From NCBI RefSeq assembly GCF_050920415.1, contig NZ_CP169309.1: DNA of 64,000 nucleotides, one strand, 5' to 3'. A program made the translations under genes and the position numbers. Of the stretch, positions 35,988-50,887 are shown in pieces (the stretch's first letter is position 1; every line of letters begins with the position of its first letter). This DNA is from Escherichia coli. Lineage in GTDB: Bacteria > Pseudomonadota > Gammaproteobacteria > Enterobacterales > Enterobacteriaceae. The notes beneath the pieces are model-generated. The model searched no databases, was not told the DNA's origin, and saw only the letters and a list, made by a program, of their open reading frames with translations.

Positions 35988-37313
35988 ATGAGTGAGATAT
36001 CCCGGCAAGAGTTTCAGCGTCGCCGTCAGGCCCTGGTGGAGCAAATGCAACCCGGCAGCGCCGCGCTGATTTTTGCTGCACCAGAAGTAACACGTAGCGC
36101 CGACAGCGAATACCCCTATCGTCAGAACAGTGACTTCTGGTACTTCACCGGCTTTAACGAACCGGAAGCGGTGCTGGTGCTGATTAAAAGCGACGACACT
36201 CATAACCACAGCGTTTTGTTTAACCGCGTTCGCGACCTGACGGCAGAGATCTGGTTTGGTCGTCGCCTAGGCCAGGATGCCGCGCCAGAGAAACTGGGCG
36301 TTGACCGCGCACTGGCATTCAGCGAAATCAATCAGCAACTTTATCAACTACTTAATGGTCTGGATGTGGTGTACCACGCCCAGGGCGAATATGCATATGC
36401 TGATGAAATCGTGAACAGCGCGCTGGAAAAACTGCGTAAAGGTTCGCGACAAAATCTCACCGCACCGGCAACGATGATCGACTGGCGTCCCATTGTTCAT
36501 GAAATGCGCCTGTTCAAATCACCAGAAGAGATTGCCGTACTTCGCCGCGCGGGGGAAATCACCGCCCTGGCGCATACCCGGGCGATGGAAAAATGCCGTC
36601 CGGGAATGTTCGAGTACCACCTGGAAGGCGAAATTCACCACGAATTTAACCGCCACGGTGCGCGCTATCCTTCCTATAACACCATTGTCGGCAGCGGTGA
36701 AAACGGCTGCATTCTGCACTACACCGAAAACGAGTGTGAACTGCGTGACGGTGACCTGGTGTTGATTGACGCGGGTTGTGAATACAAAGGTTACGCTGGC
36801 GATATTACCCGCACCTTCCCGGTTAACGGTAAATTCACTCAGGCTCAGCGTGAAATCTACGACATTGTGCTGGAGTCTCTTGAAACCAGCCTGCGCCTGT
36901 ATCGTCCGGGAACGTCCATTCAGGAAGTCACCGGTGAAGTGGTGCGCATCATGGTTAGCGGCCTGGTAAAAATCGGCATCCTGAAAGGTGATGTTGAAGA
37001 ACTGATCGCCCAAAACGCCCATCGTCCTTTCTTTATGCATGGCCTTAGCCACTGGTTAGGTCTGGATGTCCATGATGTTGGCATTTATGGTCAGGATCGC
37101 TCGCGCATTCTGGAACCGGGCATGGTACTGACCGTAGAGCCGGGGCTGTACATTGCGCCGGATGCGGATGTACCAGAACAATATCGCGGTATCGGCATTC
37201 GTATCGAAGACGACATTGTGATTACCGAAACCGGCAATGAAAACCTCACCGCCAGCGTAGTGAAAAAGCCGGGAGAAATTGAAGCGTTGATGGCTGCTGC
37301 GAGAAAGCAATGA
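35988..37313 (+). CDS. pepP: Xaa-Pro aminopeptidase (441 aa)
   Basis: ORF 35775-37313 trimmed to ATG (after GGAG) giving MSEISRQEFQRRRQ. Confidence 0.9.
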   Translation: MSEISRQEFQRRRQALVEQMQPGSAALIFAAPEVTRSADSEYPYRQNSDFWYFTGFNEPEAVLVLIKSDDTHNHSVLFNRVRDLTAEIWFGRRLGQDAAPEKLGVDRALAFSEINQQLYQLLNGLDVVYHAQGEYAYADEIVNSALEKLRKGSRQNLTAPATMIDWRPIVHEMRLFKSPEEIAVLRRAGEITALAHTRAMEKCRPGMFEYHLEGEIHHEFNRHGARYPSYNTIVGSGENGCILHYTENECELRDGDLVLIDAGCEYKGYAGDITRTFPVNGKFTQAQREIYDIVLESLETSLRLYRPGTSIQEVTGEVVRIMVSGLVKIGILKGDVEELIAQNAHRPFFMHGLSHWLGLDVHDVGIYGQDRSRILEPGMVLTVEPGLYIAPDADVPEQYRGIGIRIEDDIVITETGNENLTASVVKKPGEIEALMAAARKQ

Positions 37314-38488
37314 GCGTAATCATCGTCGGTGGCGGCATGGCGGGCGCGACGCTGGCGCTGGCTATTTCCCGGTTAAGTCACGGGGCGCTGCCGGTACATT
37401 TGATTGAAGCGACCGCGCCAGAGTCTCATGCTCATCCGGGCTTTGATGGACGAGCGATAGCGCTGGCGGCGGGCACCTGTCAGCAACTGGCGCGCATCGG
37501 CGTCTGGCAATCTCTGGCAGATTGCGCAACCAACATCACTACCGTTCATGTCAGCGATCGTGGTCATGCCGGATTCGTCACCCTCGCCGCAGAAGATTAC
37601 CAACTGGCGGCGTTGGGGCAGGTTGTCGAATTGCATAATGTCGGGCAACGGCTGTTTGCGCTATTGCGCAAAGCGCCTGGCGTAACGCTGCATTGTCCGG
37701 ATCGCGTGGCTAACGTTGCCCGTACTCAGAGTCACGTTGAAGTGACGCTGGAGAGTGGCGAGACGCTGACGGGCTGCGTGCTGGTAGCCGCTGATGGCAC
37801 CCATTCCGCGTTAGCCACCGCGTGCGGTGTTGACTGGCAGCAGGAGCCTTACGAACAACTGGCCGTGATTGCGAACGTTGCGACTTCCGTTGCGCACGAA
37901 GGCCGGGCGTTTGAGCGTTTCACACAATATGGCCCGTTGGCGATGTTGCCGATGTCTGACGGACGCTGTTCGCTGGTCTGGTGTCATCCACTGGAACGGC
38001 GCGAAGAGGTGCTGTCGTGGAGCGACGAGACGTTTTGCCGTGAACTCCAGTCGGCCTTTGGTTGGCGACTTGGGAAAATTACCCACGCTGGTAAACGCAG
38101 TGCTTACCCGCTGGCGTTAACCCGCGCCGCCAGACCTGTTACCCATCGTACCGTGCTGGTGGGCAATGCGGCGCAAACTCTGCACCCGATTGCCGGGCAA
38201 GGGTTCAACCTCGGTATGCGGGATGTGATGAGCCTTGCGGAAACCCTGACTCAGGCGCAAGAGCGCGGAGAAGACATAGGTGATTACGGCGTCTTGTGCC
38301 GTTATCAGCAGCGTCGACAGAGCGATCGAGAAGCAACCATCGGCGTCACTGACAGCCTTGTACATCTTTTTGCCAACCGTTGGACGCCGCTGGTTGTCGG
38401 GCGCAACATCGGGCTGATGGCAATGGAATTATTCACTCCGGCACGCGATGTGCTGGCGCAGCGCACCCTCGGTTGGGTGGCGCGTTAA
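37310..38488 (+). CDS. ubiH: 2-octaprenyl-6-methoxyphenol hydroxylase (392 aa)
   Basis: ORF track; FAD-binding IIVGGGMAGATLA; ATGA overlap with pepP. Confidence 0.9.
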   Translation: MSVIIVGGGMAGATLALAISRLSHGALPVHLIEATAPESHAHPGFDGRAIALAAGTCQQLARIGVWQSLADCATNITTVHVSDRGHAGFVTLAAEDYQLAALGQVVELHNVGQRLFALLRKAPGVTLHCPDRVANVARTQSHVEVTLESGETLTGCVLVAADGTHSALATACGVDWQQEPYEQLAVIANVATSVAHEGRAFERFTQYGPLAMLPMSDGRCSLVWCHPLERREEVLSWSDETFCRELQSAFGWRLGKITHAGKRSAYPLALTRAARPVTHRTVLVGNAAQTLHPIAGQGFNLGMRDVMSLAETLTQAQERGEDIGDYGVLCRYQQRRQSDREATIGVTDSLVHLFANRWTPLVVGRNIGLMAMELFTPARDVLAQRTLGWVAR

Positions 38489-38510
38489 AGGCGGCTTTAA
38501 GGAATAAACA

Positions 38511-39713
38511 ATGCAAAGTGTTGATGTAGCCATTGTTGGCGGCGGCATGGTGGGGCTGGCGGTTGCCTGCGGCTTGCAGGGCAGCGGCTTACGCGTTGCC
38601 GTACTGGAGCAGCGCGTACCGGAACCCCTGGCGGCGGATGCACCACCACAACTGCGCGTTTCGGCTATCAATGCCGCCAGCGAAAAATTACTCACCCGTC
38701 TTGGCGTCTGGCAGGAGATTCTCTCCCGCAGAGCCAGTTGCTATCACGGCATGGATGTGTGGGACAAAGACAGTTTTGGTCACATTTCGTTTGACGATCA
38801 AAGCATGGGCTATAGCCATCTTGGGCATATCGTTGAAAATTCAGTCATTCACTACGCGCTGTGGAACAAAGCACAGCAGTCCTCAGATATCAGCCTGTTA
38901 GCCCCTGCAGAATTACAGCAGGTCGCCTGGGGAGAGAACGAAACCTTCCTGACGCTGAAAGACGGCAGCATGTTAACGGCGCGTCTGGTGATTGGCGCAG
39001 ACGGCGCTAATTCCTGGTTGCGCAACAAAGCCGATATTCCGCTGACTTTCTGGGATTATCAGCATCACGCGCTGGTGGCGACCATTCGCACGGAAGAACC
39101 GCATGATGCGGTGGCGCGACAGGTTTTCCATGGCGAAGGCATTCTGGCCTTTTTGCCGCTTAGCGATCCGCATCTTTGCTCAATTGTCTGGTCACTGTCG
39201 CCAGAGGAAGCACAGCGGATGCAGCAGGCAGGCGAAGACGAATTTAACCGCGAGTTAAATATCGCTTTTGATAATCGCCTGGGCTTATGCAGGGTTGAGA
39301 GTGAACGTCTGGTGTTCCCGCTGACTGGGCGTTATGCGCGCCAGTTTGCCGCGCACCGTCTGGCGCTGGTGGGCGACGCCGCGCATACCATTCACCCGTT
39401 GGCGGGGCAGGGGGTGAATCTCGGCTTTATGGATGCTGCAGAGCTGATTGCTGAACTGAAACGGTTGCATCGTCAGGGTAAAGACATCGGGCAGTACATT
39501 TACCTGCGTCGCTATGAGCGTAGCCGCAAGCACAGTGCGGCGCTGATGCTGGCAGGTATGCAGGGATTCCGCGATCTGTTTTCCGGGGCTCATCCGGCGA
39601 AAAAACTGCTGCGTGATATTGGCCTGAAACTGGCCGACACGCTTCCTGGCGTTAAACCACAACTTATCCGTCAGGCAATGGGATTAAACGATTTGCCTGA
39701 ATGGCTGCGCTAA
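38511..39713 (+). CDS. ubiI: 2-octaprenylphenol hydroxylase (400 aa)
   Basis: ORF track; FAD motif AIVGGGMVGLAVA. Confidence 0.9.
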   Translation: MQSVDVAIVGGGMVGLAVACGLQGSGLRVAVLEQRVPEPLAADAPPQLRVSAINAASEKLLTRLGVWQEILSRRASCYHGMDVWDKDSFGHISFDDQSMGYSHLGHIVENSVIHYALWNKAQQSSDISLLAPAELQQVAWGENETFLTLKDGSMLTARLVIGADGANSWLRNKADIPLTFWDYQHHALVATIRTEEPHDAVARQVFHGEGILAFLPLSDPHLCSIVWSLSPEEAQRMQQAGEDEFNRELNIAFDNRLGLCRVESERLVFPLTGRYARQFAAHRLALVGDAAHTIHPLAGQGVNLGFMDAAELIAELKRLHRQGKDIGQYIYLRRYERSRKHSAALMLAGMQGFRDLFSGAHPAKKLLRDIGLKLADTLPGVKPQLIRQAMGLNDLPEWLR

Positions 39714-39756
39714 AAATTTCTCTTCTGCTGTTTATTTGATACCCATCACACTTTCA

Positions 39757-39786
39757 TCTCCCGGTTTTTTCGCCGGGAGATTTTCC
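39757..39786 (+). terminator. terminator after ubiI
   Basis: tctcccgg-ttttttcg-ccgggaga hairpin then tttt. Confidence 0.65.
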
Positions 39787-40160
39787 TCATTTGAAATAAA
39801 CTAATTTCACCTCCGTTTTCGCATTATATTTTCTAATGTCACGAATTTTTGATTTGGTGTTTTTTGACATTTTTTCAGTTCTTAATGTTGCCTTATTCAA
39901 ATTAACTTTCTCATCTAATTATCTTTGTATAGAGATTGGTTCTTTTTTTGGTTTTTTATTCTGTTGCGATTTTGGCGTTTTTTAACCATAAGCTAATGTG
40001 ATGATCAATTTTACCTTATGGTTAACAGGCTGTTTCGGTGGTAAGTTCAGGGAAAAGAGAACGATTGCGTTGGGGACCGGGAGTGGCTCCGATGCTGGGT
40101 TTCGTGGTGATAATTTCACCATGAAAAAGTTGTCAGCCCCGCTTATTCAATGAGGACAAG

Positions 40161-41255
40161 ATGGCACAACAGACTCCTTTGTACGAACAACACACGCTTT
40201 GCGGCGCTCGCATGGTGGATTTCCACGGCTGGATGATGCCGCTGCATTACGGTTCGCAAATCGACGAACATCATGCGGTACGTACCGATGCCGGAATGTT
40301 TGATGTGTCACATATGACCATCGTCGATCTTCGCGGTAGTCGCACCCGGGAGTTTCTGCGTTATCTGCTGGCGAACGATGTGGCGAAGCTCACCAAAAGC
40401 GGCAAAGCCCTCTACTCGGGGATGTTGAATGCCTCTGGCGGTGTGATAGATGACCTCATCGTCTACTACTTTACTGAAGATTTCTTCCGCCTCGTTGTTA
40501 ACTCCGCCACCCGCGAAAAAGACCTCTCCTGGATTACCCAACACGCTGAACCTTTCGGCATTGAAATTACCGTTCGTGATGACCTCTCCATGATTGCCGT
40601 ACAAGGGCCGAATGCGCAGGCAAAAGCTGCCACACTGTTTAATGATGCTCAGCGTCAGGCGGTGGAAGGGATGAAACCCTTCTTTGGCGTGCAGGCGGGC
40701 GATCTGTTTATTGCCACCACCGGTTATACCGGTGAAGGGGGCTACGAAATTGCGCTGCCCAATGAAAAAGCGGCGGATTTCTGGCGAGCGCTGGTGGAAG
40801 CGGGCGTTAAGCCCTGCGGTCTGGGCGCGCGTGACACGCTGCGTCTGGAAGCGGGTATGAATCTTTATGGTCAGGAGATGGACGAAACCATTTCTCCTTT
40901 AGCAGCCAACATGGGCTGGACCATCGCCTGGGAACCGACTGATCGTGACTTTATCGGTCGTGAAGCTCTGGAAGCGCAGCGTGAACATGGCACAGAAAAA
41001 CTGGTTGGTCTGGTGATGACCGAAAAAGGCGTGCTGCGTAATGAACTGCCGGTACGTTTTACCGATGCGCAGGGCAATCAGCATGAAGGCATTATCACCA
41101 GCGGTACTTTCTCCCCGACGTTGGGTTACAGCATTGCGCTGGCACGCGTGCCGGAAGGTATTGGCGAAACGGCGATTGTGCAAATTCGCAACCGTGAAAT
41201 GCCGGTAAAAGTGACGAAACCTGTTTTTGTGCGTAACGGCAAAGCCGTCGCGTGA
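40161..41255 (+). CDS. gcvT: glycine cleavage system T protein (364 aa)
   Basis: ORF track; preceded by long AT-rich regulatory region. Confidence 0.95.
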
Positions 41256-41278
41256 TTTACTTTTTTGGAGATTAATTG

Positions 41279-41668
41279 ATGAGCAACGTACCAGCAGAAC
41301 TGAAATACAGCAAAGAACACGAATGGCTGCGTAAAGAAGCCGACGGCACTTACACTGTTGGCATCACTGAGCACGCTCAGGAGCTGTTAGGCGATATGGT
41401 GTTTGTTGACCTGCCGGAAGTGGGCGCTACGGTAAGCGCGGGCGATGACTGCGCGGTTGCCGAATCGGTAAAAGCGGCGTCAGACATTTATGCGCCAGTA
41501 AGCGGTGAAATCGTGGCGGTAAACGACGCACTGAGCGATTCTCCGGAACTGGTGAACAGCGAACCGTATGCAGGCGGCTGGATCTTTAAAATAAAAGCCA
41601 GCGATGAAAGCGAACTGGAATCACTGCTGGATGCGACCGCATACGAAGCATTGTTAGAAGACGAGTAA
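41279..41668 (+). CDS. gcvH: glycine cleavage system H protein (129 aa)
   Basis: ORF 41276-41668; start at [10 protein letters not shown]. Confidence 0.95.
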
Positions 41669-41786
41669 CGGCTTTATTCCTCTTCTGCGGAAGAGGATTA
41701 GGGTGAGGAACATTTACGCCTCACCCTCACTCTCTTCGCAAGGAGAGAGGTTCACAATTCACTGCACGTTTCAGGAACCATCGCTC

Positions 41787-44660
41787 ATGACACAGACGTT
41801 AAGCCAGCTTGAAAACAGCGGCGCTTTTATTGAACGCCATATCGGACCGGACGCCGCGCAACAGCAAGAAATGCTGAATGCCGTTGGCGCACAATCGTTA
41901 AACGCGCTGACCGGCCAGATTGTGCCGAAAGATATTCAGCTTGCGACCCCGCCGCAGGTTGGCGCACCGGCGACCGAATACGCCGCGCTGGCGGAACTCA
42001 AGGCTATTGCCAGTCGCAATAAACGCTTCACGTCTTACATCGGCATGGGTTACACCGCCGTGCAGCTACCGCCGGTTATCCTGCGTAACATGCTGGAAAA
42101 TCCGGGCTGGTATACCGCGTATACTCCGTATCAACCTGAAGTCTCCCAGGGCCGCCTTGAAGCACTGCTTAACTTCCAGCAGGTAACGCTGGATTTGACC
42201 GGGCTGGATATGGCCTCTGCTTCTTTGTTGGATGAAGCCACCGCTGCCGCCGAAGCAATGGCGATGGCAAAACGCGTCAGTAAACTGAAAAATGCCAACC
42301 GCTTCTTCGTTGCTTCTGACGTGCATCCGCAAACCTTAGATGTAGTACGTACACGCGCAGAAACCTTTGGTTTTGAAGTGATTGTCGACGATGCGCAAAA
42401 AGTTCTCGATCACCAGGACGTCTTCGGCGTGCTGTTACAGCAGGTTGGCACTACCGGTGAAATTCACGACTACACTGCGCTTATCAGCGAACTGAAATCA
42501 CGCAAAATTGTAGTCAGCGTCGCCGCCGATATTATGGCGCTGGTGCTGTTAACTGCACCGGGTAAACAGGGCGCGGATATTGTCTTTGGTTCGGCGCAAC
42601 GCTTTGGCGTACCGATGGGCTACGGTGGCCCACATGCGGCATTCTTTGCGGCGAAAGATGAATACAAACGCTCAATGCCGGGCCGTATTATTGGTGTATC
42701 GAAAGATGCAGCTGGCAATACCGCGCTGCGCATGGCGATGCAGACTCGCGAGCAACATATTCGCCGTGAGAAAGCGAACTCCAACATTTGTACTTCGCAG
42801 GTACTGCTGGCAAACATCGCCAGCCTGTATGCCGTTTATCACGGCCCGGTTGGCCTGAAACGTATCGCTAATCGCATTCACCGTCTGACCGATATCCTGG
42901 CAGCGGGCCTGCAACAAAAAGGTCTGAAGCTGCGCCATGCGCACTATTTCGATACTTTGTGTGTGGAAGTGGCCGACAAAGCGGGCGTGCTGGCGCGTGC
43001 CGAAGCGGCTGAAATCAACCTGCGTAGCGATATTCTGAATGCGGTTGGGATCACCCTTGATGAAACCACCACGCGCGAAAACGTGATGCAGCTTTTCAGC
43101 GTACTGCTGGGCGATAATCACGGACTGGACATCGACACGCTGGACAAAGACGTGGCTCACGACAGCCGTTCTATTCAGCCTGCAATGCTGCGCGATGACG
43201 AAATTCTCACCCATCCGGTGTTTAATCGCTACCACAGCGAAACCGAAATGATGCGCTATATGCACTCGCTGGAGCGTAAAGATCTGGCGCTGAATCAGGC
43301 GATGATCCCGCTGGGTTCCTGCACCATGAAACTGAACGCCGCCGCCGAGATGATCCCAATCACCTGGCCGGAATTTGCCGAACTGCACCCGTTCTGCCCG
43401 CCGGAACAGGCCGAAGGTTATCAGCAGATGATCGCCCAACTGGCTGACTGGCTGGTGAAACTGACCGGTTACGACGCCGTCTGTATGCAGCCGAACTCTG
43501 GCGCTCAGGGCGAATACGCGGGGCTGCTGGCGATTCGTCATTATCATGAAAGCCGCAACGAAGGGCATCGCGATATCTGCCTGATCCCGGCTTCTGCGCA
43601 CGGCACTAACCCGGCTTCCGCGCATATGGCAGGAATGCAGGTGGTGGTTGTGGCGTGTGATAAAAACGGCAACATCGATCTGACTGACCTGCGCGCGAAA
43701 GCGGAGCAGGCGGGCGATAATCTCTCCTGCATTATGGTGACCTATCCTTCCACCCACGGCGTGTACGAAGAAACGATCCGTGAAGTGTGTGAAATCGTGC
43801 ATCAGTTCGGCGGTCAGGTTTACCTTGATGGCGCGAACATGAACGCCCAGGTTGGTATCACTTCGCCGGGTTTTATTGGTGCGGACGTTTCGCACCTTAA
43901 CCTGCATAAAACTTTCTGCATTCCGCACGGCGGTGGTGGTCCGGGTATGGGACCGATCGGCGTGAAAGCGCATTTGGCACCGTTTGTTCCGGGTCATAGT
44001 GTGGTGCAAATCGAAGGCATGTTAACCCGTCAGGGCGCGGTTTCTGCGGCACCGTTCGGTAGCGCTTCTATTCTGCCAATTAGCTGGATGTACATCCGCA
44101 TGATGGGCGCAGAAGGGCTGAAAAAAGCAAGCCAGGTGGCAATCCTCAACGCCAACTATATTGCCAGCCGCCTGCAGGATGCCTTCCCGGTGCTGTATAC
44201 CGGTCGCGACGGCCGCGTGGCGCACGAATGTATTCTCGATATTCGCCCGCTGAAAGAAGAAACCGGCATCAGCGAGCTGGATATTGCCAAGCGCCTGATC
44301 GACTATGGTTTCCACGCGCCGACTATGTCGTTCCCGGTGGCGGGGACGCTGATGGTTGAACCGACTGAATCTGAAAGCAAAGTGGAACTGGATCGTTTTA
44401 TCGATGCGATGCTGTCTATCCGCGCAGAAATCGACCAGGTGAAAGCCGGTGTTTGGCCGCTGGAAGATAACCCGCTGGTGAACGCGCCGCACATTCAGAG
44501 CGAACTGGTCGCCGAGTGGGCGCATCCGTACAGCCGTGAAGTTGCAGTATTCCCGGCAGGCGTGGCAGACAAATACTGGCCGACAGTGAAACGTCTGGAT
44601 GATGTTTACGGGGACCGTAACCTGTTCTGCTCCTGCGTACCGATTAGCGAATACCAGTAA
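41787..44660 (+). CDS. gcvP: glycine dehydrogenase, P protein (957 aa)
   Basis: ORF 41703-44660 trimmed to ATG giving [22 protein letters not shown]. Confidence 0.95.
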   Translation: MTQTLSQLENSGAFIERHIGPDAAQQQEMLNAVGAQSLNALTGQIVPKDIQLATPPQVGAPATEYAALAELKAIASRNKRFTSYIGMGYTAVQLPPVILRNMLENPGWYTAYTPYQPEVSQGRLEALLNFQQVTLDLTGLDMASASLLDEATAAAEAMAMAKRVSKLKNANRFFVASDVHPQTLDVVRTRAETFGFEVIVDDAQKVLDHQDVFGVLLQQVGTTGEIHDYTALISELKSRKIVVSVAADIMALVLLTAPGKQGADIVFGSAQRFGVPMGYGGPHAAFFAAKDEYKRSMPGRIIGVSKDAAGNTALRMAMQTREQHIRREKANSNICTSQVLLANIASLYAVYHGPVGLKRIANRIHRLTDILAAGLQQKGLKLRHAHYFDTLCVEVADKAGVLARAEAAEINLRSDILNAVGITLDETTTRENVMQLFSVLLGDNHGLDIDTLDKDVAHDSRSIQPAMLRDDEILTHPVFNRYHSETEMMRYMHSLERKDLALNQAMIPLGSCTMKLNAAAEMIPITWPEFAELHPFCPPEQAEGYQQMIAQLADWLVKLTGYDAVCMQPNSGAQGEYAGLLAIRHYHESRNEGHRDICLIPASAHGTNPASAHMAGMQVVVVACDKNGNIDLTDLRAKAEQAGDNLSCIMVTYPSTHGVYEETIREVCEIVHQFGGQVYLDGANMNAQVGITSPGFIGADVSHLNLHKTFCIPHGGGGPGMGPIGVKAHLAPFVPGHSVVQIEGMLTRQGAVSAAPFGSASILPISWMYIRMMGAEGLKKASQVAILNANYIASRLQDAFPVLYTGRDGRVAHECILDIRPLKEETGISELDIAKRLIDYGFHAPTMSFPVAGTLMVEPTESESKVELDRFIDAMLSIRAEIDQVKAGVWPLEDNPLVNAPHIQSELVAEWAHPYSREVAVFPAGVADKYWPTVKRLDDVYGDRNLFCSCVPISEYQ

Positions 44661-44682
44661 TTTACTGATTCGACTATCTTCT

Positions 44683-44710
44683 AAAGGCGCTTCGGCGCCT
44701 TTATTTTTTT
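44683..44710 (+). terminator. gcvTHP terminator
   Basis: aaaggcgc-ttcg-gcgccttt hairpin + T run. Confidence 0.75.
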
Positions 44711-44720
44711 AGGAAAACAA

Positions 44721-45464
44721 ATGACTATAGCACTTGTGACCGGTGGCAGTCGCGGCATCGGGCGGGCAACTGCATTACTGTTGGCGCAAGAAGGGTATAC
44801 GGTGGCGGTTAATTATCAGCAAAACCTCCACGCGGCGCAGGAAGTGGTGAAGTTAATCACGCAAGCCGGTGGCAAGGCATTCGTGCTTCAGGCGGATATC
44901 AGCGACGAAAATCAGGTCATCGCAATGTTTACAGCAATCGATCAGCACGATGAACCGCTAGCCGCGCTGGTCAATAACGCCGGGATCTTGTTTACCCAGT
45001 GCACCGTAGAAAACCTTACCGCAGAGCGAATCAACCGGGTACTTTCCACCAATGTGACGGGATATTTTCTCTGTTGCCGCGAGGCGGTAAAACGCATGGC
45101 GCTTAAAAATGGCGGTAATGGCGGTGCTATCGTCAACGTCTCTTCAGTGGCCTCACGGCTGGGATCTCCGGGGGAATACGTTGATTATGCGGCCTCGAAA
45201 GGGGCGATTGATACGTTAACCACAGGGCTGTCGCTGGAAGTCGCCGCGCAGGGGATCCGCGTTAACGGCGTGCGGCCAGGGTTTATTTATACCGAAATGC
45301 ACGCCAGCGGTGGCGAACCTGGACGCGTTGATCGCGTTAAGTCGAACATCCCCATGCAGCGTGGCGGACAGGCGGAAGAGGTCGCGCAGGCCATCGTCTG
45401 GCTGTTAAGTGATAAAGCCTCTTATGTCACGGGAAGTTTTATCGATTTGGCGGGTGGAAAATAA
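44721..45464 (+). CDS. ygfF: SDR-family oxidoreductase (247 aa)
   Basis: ORF track; TGGSRGIG Rossmann motif. Confidence 0.85.
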   Translation: MTIALVTGGSRGIGRATALLLAQEGYTVAVNYQQNLHAAQEVVKLITQAGGKAFVLQADISDENQVIAMFTAIDQHDEPLAALVNNAGILFTQCTVENLTAERINRVLSTNVTGYFLCCREAVKRMALKNGGNGGAIVNVSSVASRLGSPGEYVDYAASKGAIDTLTTGLSLEVAAQGIRVNGVRPGFIYTEMHASGGEPGRVDRVKSNIPMQRGGQAEEVAQAIVWLLSDKASYVTGSFIDLAGGK

Positions 45465-45520
45465 AACAGGAAAGTTATCTGACCGGATGCAACGAGTATT
45501 GCATCCGGTACTTCATCGAC

Positions 45521-46981
<1,461 letters not shown>

Positions 46982-46998
46982 TTACAGGAAATAGTACC

Positions 46999-47310
46999 AT
47001 GCAGCCAAACGACATCACTTTTTTTCAACGTTTCCAGGATGACATTCTGGCTGGGCGTAAAACCATCACCATCCGCGACGAGTCTGAATCGCACTTCAAA
47101 ACGGGGGATGTGCTTCGTGTCGGGCGCTTTGAAGATGACGGTTATTTTTGCACGATTGAAGTCACTGCAACATCAACCGTAACGCTGGATACGTTGACGG
47201 AAAAACATGCACAACAGGAAAATATGACCCTGCCTGAACTGAAAAAGGTCATTGCCGACATCTATCCTGGGCAGACACAGTTTTATGTAATTGAATTTAA
47301 ATACCTTTAA
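46999..47310 (+). CDS. yqfB: ASCH-domain protein (103 aa)
   Basis: ORF track. Confidence 0.8.
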   Translation: MQPNDITFFQRFQDDILAGRKTITIRDESESHFKTGDVLRVGRFEDDGYFCTIEVTATSTVTLDTLTEKHAQQENMTLPELKKVIADIYPGQTQFYVIEFKYL

Positions 47311-47470
47311 ATTGAACTCACGCCTGTTAGTTGAAATTTCGCATTTAATTTCATGATTTTTCGGAGATTAGTCTCAAATCAGAATTTATTTTAGCTAACA
47401 GGTGTTCACTGGAACTATTCTCAGTTACGCTGGAGGAGTATACATGTGCGTGTACGTTTCTCCGGAGTAA

Positions 47471-48133
<663 letters not shown>

Positions 48134-48144
48134 TTGGTGCGCCG

Positions 48145-48310
<166 letters not shown>

Positions 48311-48328
48311 CTGATGCGATACAGAGAT

Positions 48329-49309
48329 TTACTCTTCGAGCGAATAGGGCAGCGGCTCGATATGCAATGTATTCGCATCGTCACGCACGCGGAAGATGCT
48401 GTCCGGTTCCATATCGTTATTCATGACGACCTGTACCACGACCTGACCATCTTCCAGTTTTACCGCAGCCAGCACCGTACCGGTACGACGCCAGTTCTCG
48501 CCCATTTTCAGCTCTAAATCTTCACCCGCTTCCGGCAGTCGGCTGGCGCTACCTGCCAGCAGCCAGAGGGCACGTTTGTTGGCACCGCGGAATTTAGCCC
48601 GTGCCACCATCTCTTGTCCGGTATAGCAGCCTTTTTTAAAGCTGATGCCGCCCAACGCCTGGAGGTTGGTCGCCTGTGGGATAAACTGCCCGCTGTTGGC
48701 GGCATCAATCACCGGAAAACCCGCTTCAATGTTTAATGCCAGCCACTGTTGGCTATTGTTCAGTTCCGCTTCACCGCGCAGTTTATCGGTCAGCGTATTG
48801 GCGGTAGCTTCATCGGTTACGATCAGGAAACGTTCTGCCGGGTGTTCAAACCATAGCAAAGTGGTCGCGCCTTCTTTAACTACCTGTTTTTCTTTCGTAG
48901 GCAGTTCACTAAAGAGATTTGCCAGCGCGGCGCGTGCCTGAAAACCGGCAACACCAAGCAGCACACGTTCATCGTCTGGCGCGATGGTCACTTTAGAGAA
49001 CACCGCATATTTTTTCAGTTCAGTCAGTTGCGACTCGCGCACGCTGCGCCGTTCAATCCACGCAAAGCCGTCGCCGTCGCGGAACAGACGTAAATTGCTC
49101 CACATTTTACCTTTGGCGTCGCAATGGGCGGCGAGCAGGTGCTGATCTTCTGTCATCTGGCTGACATCTGCTGTCACCTGACCCTGCATATATTTTTCGC
49201 TGTCCGTGCCAGTAATGGTGGCAAGCGCCCAGTCATCAAGCGTCATCAGCGTCAGCGGTAAACGGGCAGAAGCCGTAGGCTGACGGGGAGGAAAAGGTGT
49301 AAAAGCCAT
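48329..49309 (-). CDS. ygfZ: tRNA-modifying / Fe-S cluster repair folate-binding protein (326 aa)
   Basis: ORF 48329-49375 trimmed to ATG giving [19 protein letters not shown]. Confidence 0.85.
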   Translation of the reverse strand: MAFTPFPPRQPTASARLPLTLMTLDDWALATITGTDSEKYMQGQVTADVSQMTEDQHLLAAHCDAKGKMWSNLRLFRDGDGFAWIERRSVRESQLTELKKYAVFSKVTIAPDDERVLLGVAGFQARAALANLFSELPTKEKQVVKEGATTLLWFEHPAERFLIVTDEATANTLTDKLRGEAELNNSQQWLALNIEAGFPVIDAANSGQFIPQATNLQALGGISFKKGCYTGQEMVARAKFRGANKRALWLLAGSASRLPEAGEDLELKMGENWRRTGTVLAAVKLEDGQVVVQVVMNNDMEPDSIFRVRDDANTLHIEPLPYSLEE

Positions 49310-49548
49310 AATGGAGTCCTGTTTTACAAACGGCGTATTTATGACTAATGGTAAAAGAGCTATGAGGCAATGCAAGTGCTTTCACTACGCGATCTGTGCC
49401 TTCTGATATGCTTTGCGAGGCGACTTCCAAAAAAATGAAGCCCTTGAAATATTGTGGGTTAATTTCGCGATCGCGATTGTGTTTACTGATATTCCCGCAA
49501 AAGAAGTCGAAAAACACGTTACAATAGCCTGGTACTGGATTTTCGTGA

Positions 49549-50215
<667 letters not shown>

Positions 50216-50254
50216 AGATGACGGCAAAGCCTGTGTGCTAAGCCGTCAGTGACA

Positions 50255-50776
50255 TCAGGCGTAATGCTCTGCCATTTCGTTGAGGATTTGCTCGCACCAG
50301 TTCTGAATACGCTCGTCGCTAAGGTCATACTGGTTAGTTTCGTCCAGCGCCAGACCCACGAACAGTTGCCCGTCAGCAATCACCGGTTTCGGGCTGGTAA
50401 ACTCATATCCTTCCGTTGGCCAGTAGCCGACGAACTTCACGCCTTTGGTCGAGAGTTTGTCATGCAGCATGCCGAGCGCATCGAGGAACCACTCGCCATA
50501 CCCCAGTTGATCGCCAAGCCCATACAGCGCAACAATTTTACCTTCGAGGTTCAGGTCGTCGAGCTGATCCCAGACGGCTTCCCAGTCTTCCTGGATTTCG
50601 CCAAAATCCCAGGTCGGGATGCCCAGAATGAGCACATCGTACTGCTCCATTAATTTCGGGGAATCGTCCTTGAGGTTATGTAAGGTCACCAGTTCTGGGC
50701 CGATAATATCGCGGATTTTTTCTGCCGCCATTTCGGTGTAACAGGTGCTGGAACCGTAAAAAAGACCCATATTCAT
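50255..50776 (-). CDS. fldB: flavodoxin 2 (173 aa)
   Basis: ORF track. Confidence 0.9.
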   Translation of the reverse strand: MNMGLFYGSSTCYTEMAAEKIRDIIGPELVTLHNLKDDSPKLMEQYDVLILGIPTWDFGEIQEDWEAVWDQLDDLNLEGKIVALYGLGDQLGYGEWFLDALGMLHDKLSTKGVKFVGYWPTEGYEFTSPKPVIADGQLFVGLALDETNQYDLSDERIQNWCEQILNEMAEHYA

Positions 50777-50887
50777 AACGTAAGCTTCTCGATTCTGCTG
50801 TGGCTTTTGCGGCTAGTGTATCAGAATCGCTTTAGTCACGGCACAATAAGGCATAATGGATCAAATGAGTGACCATAAGGGGCGCAA

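Noticed and set aside
42672-44009. 445-aa minus-strand ORF
   Set aside because: Antisense to gcvP; spurious
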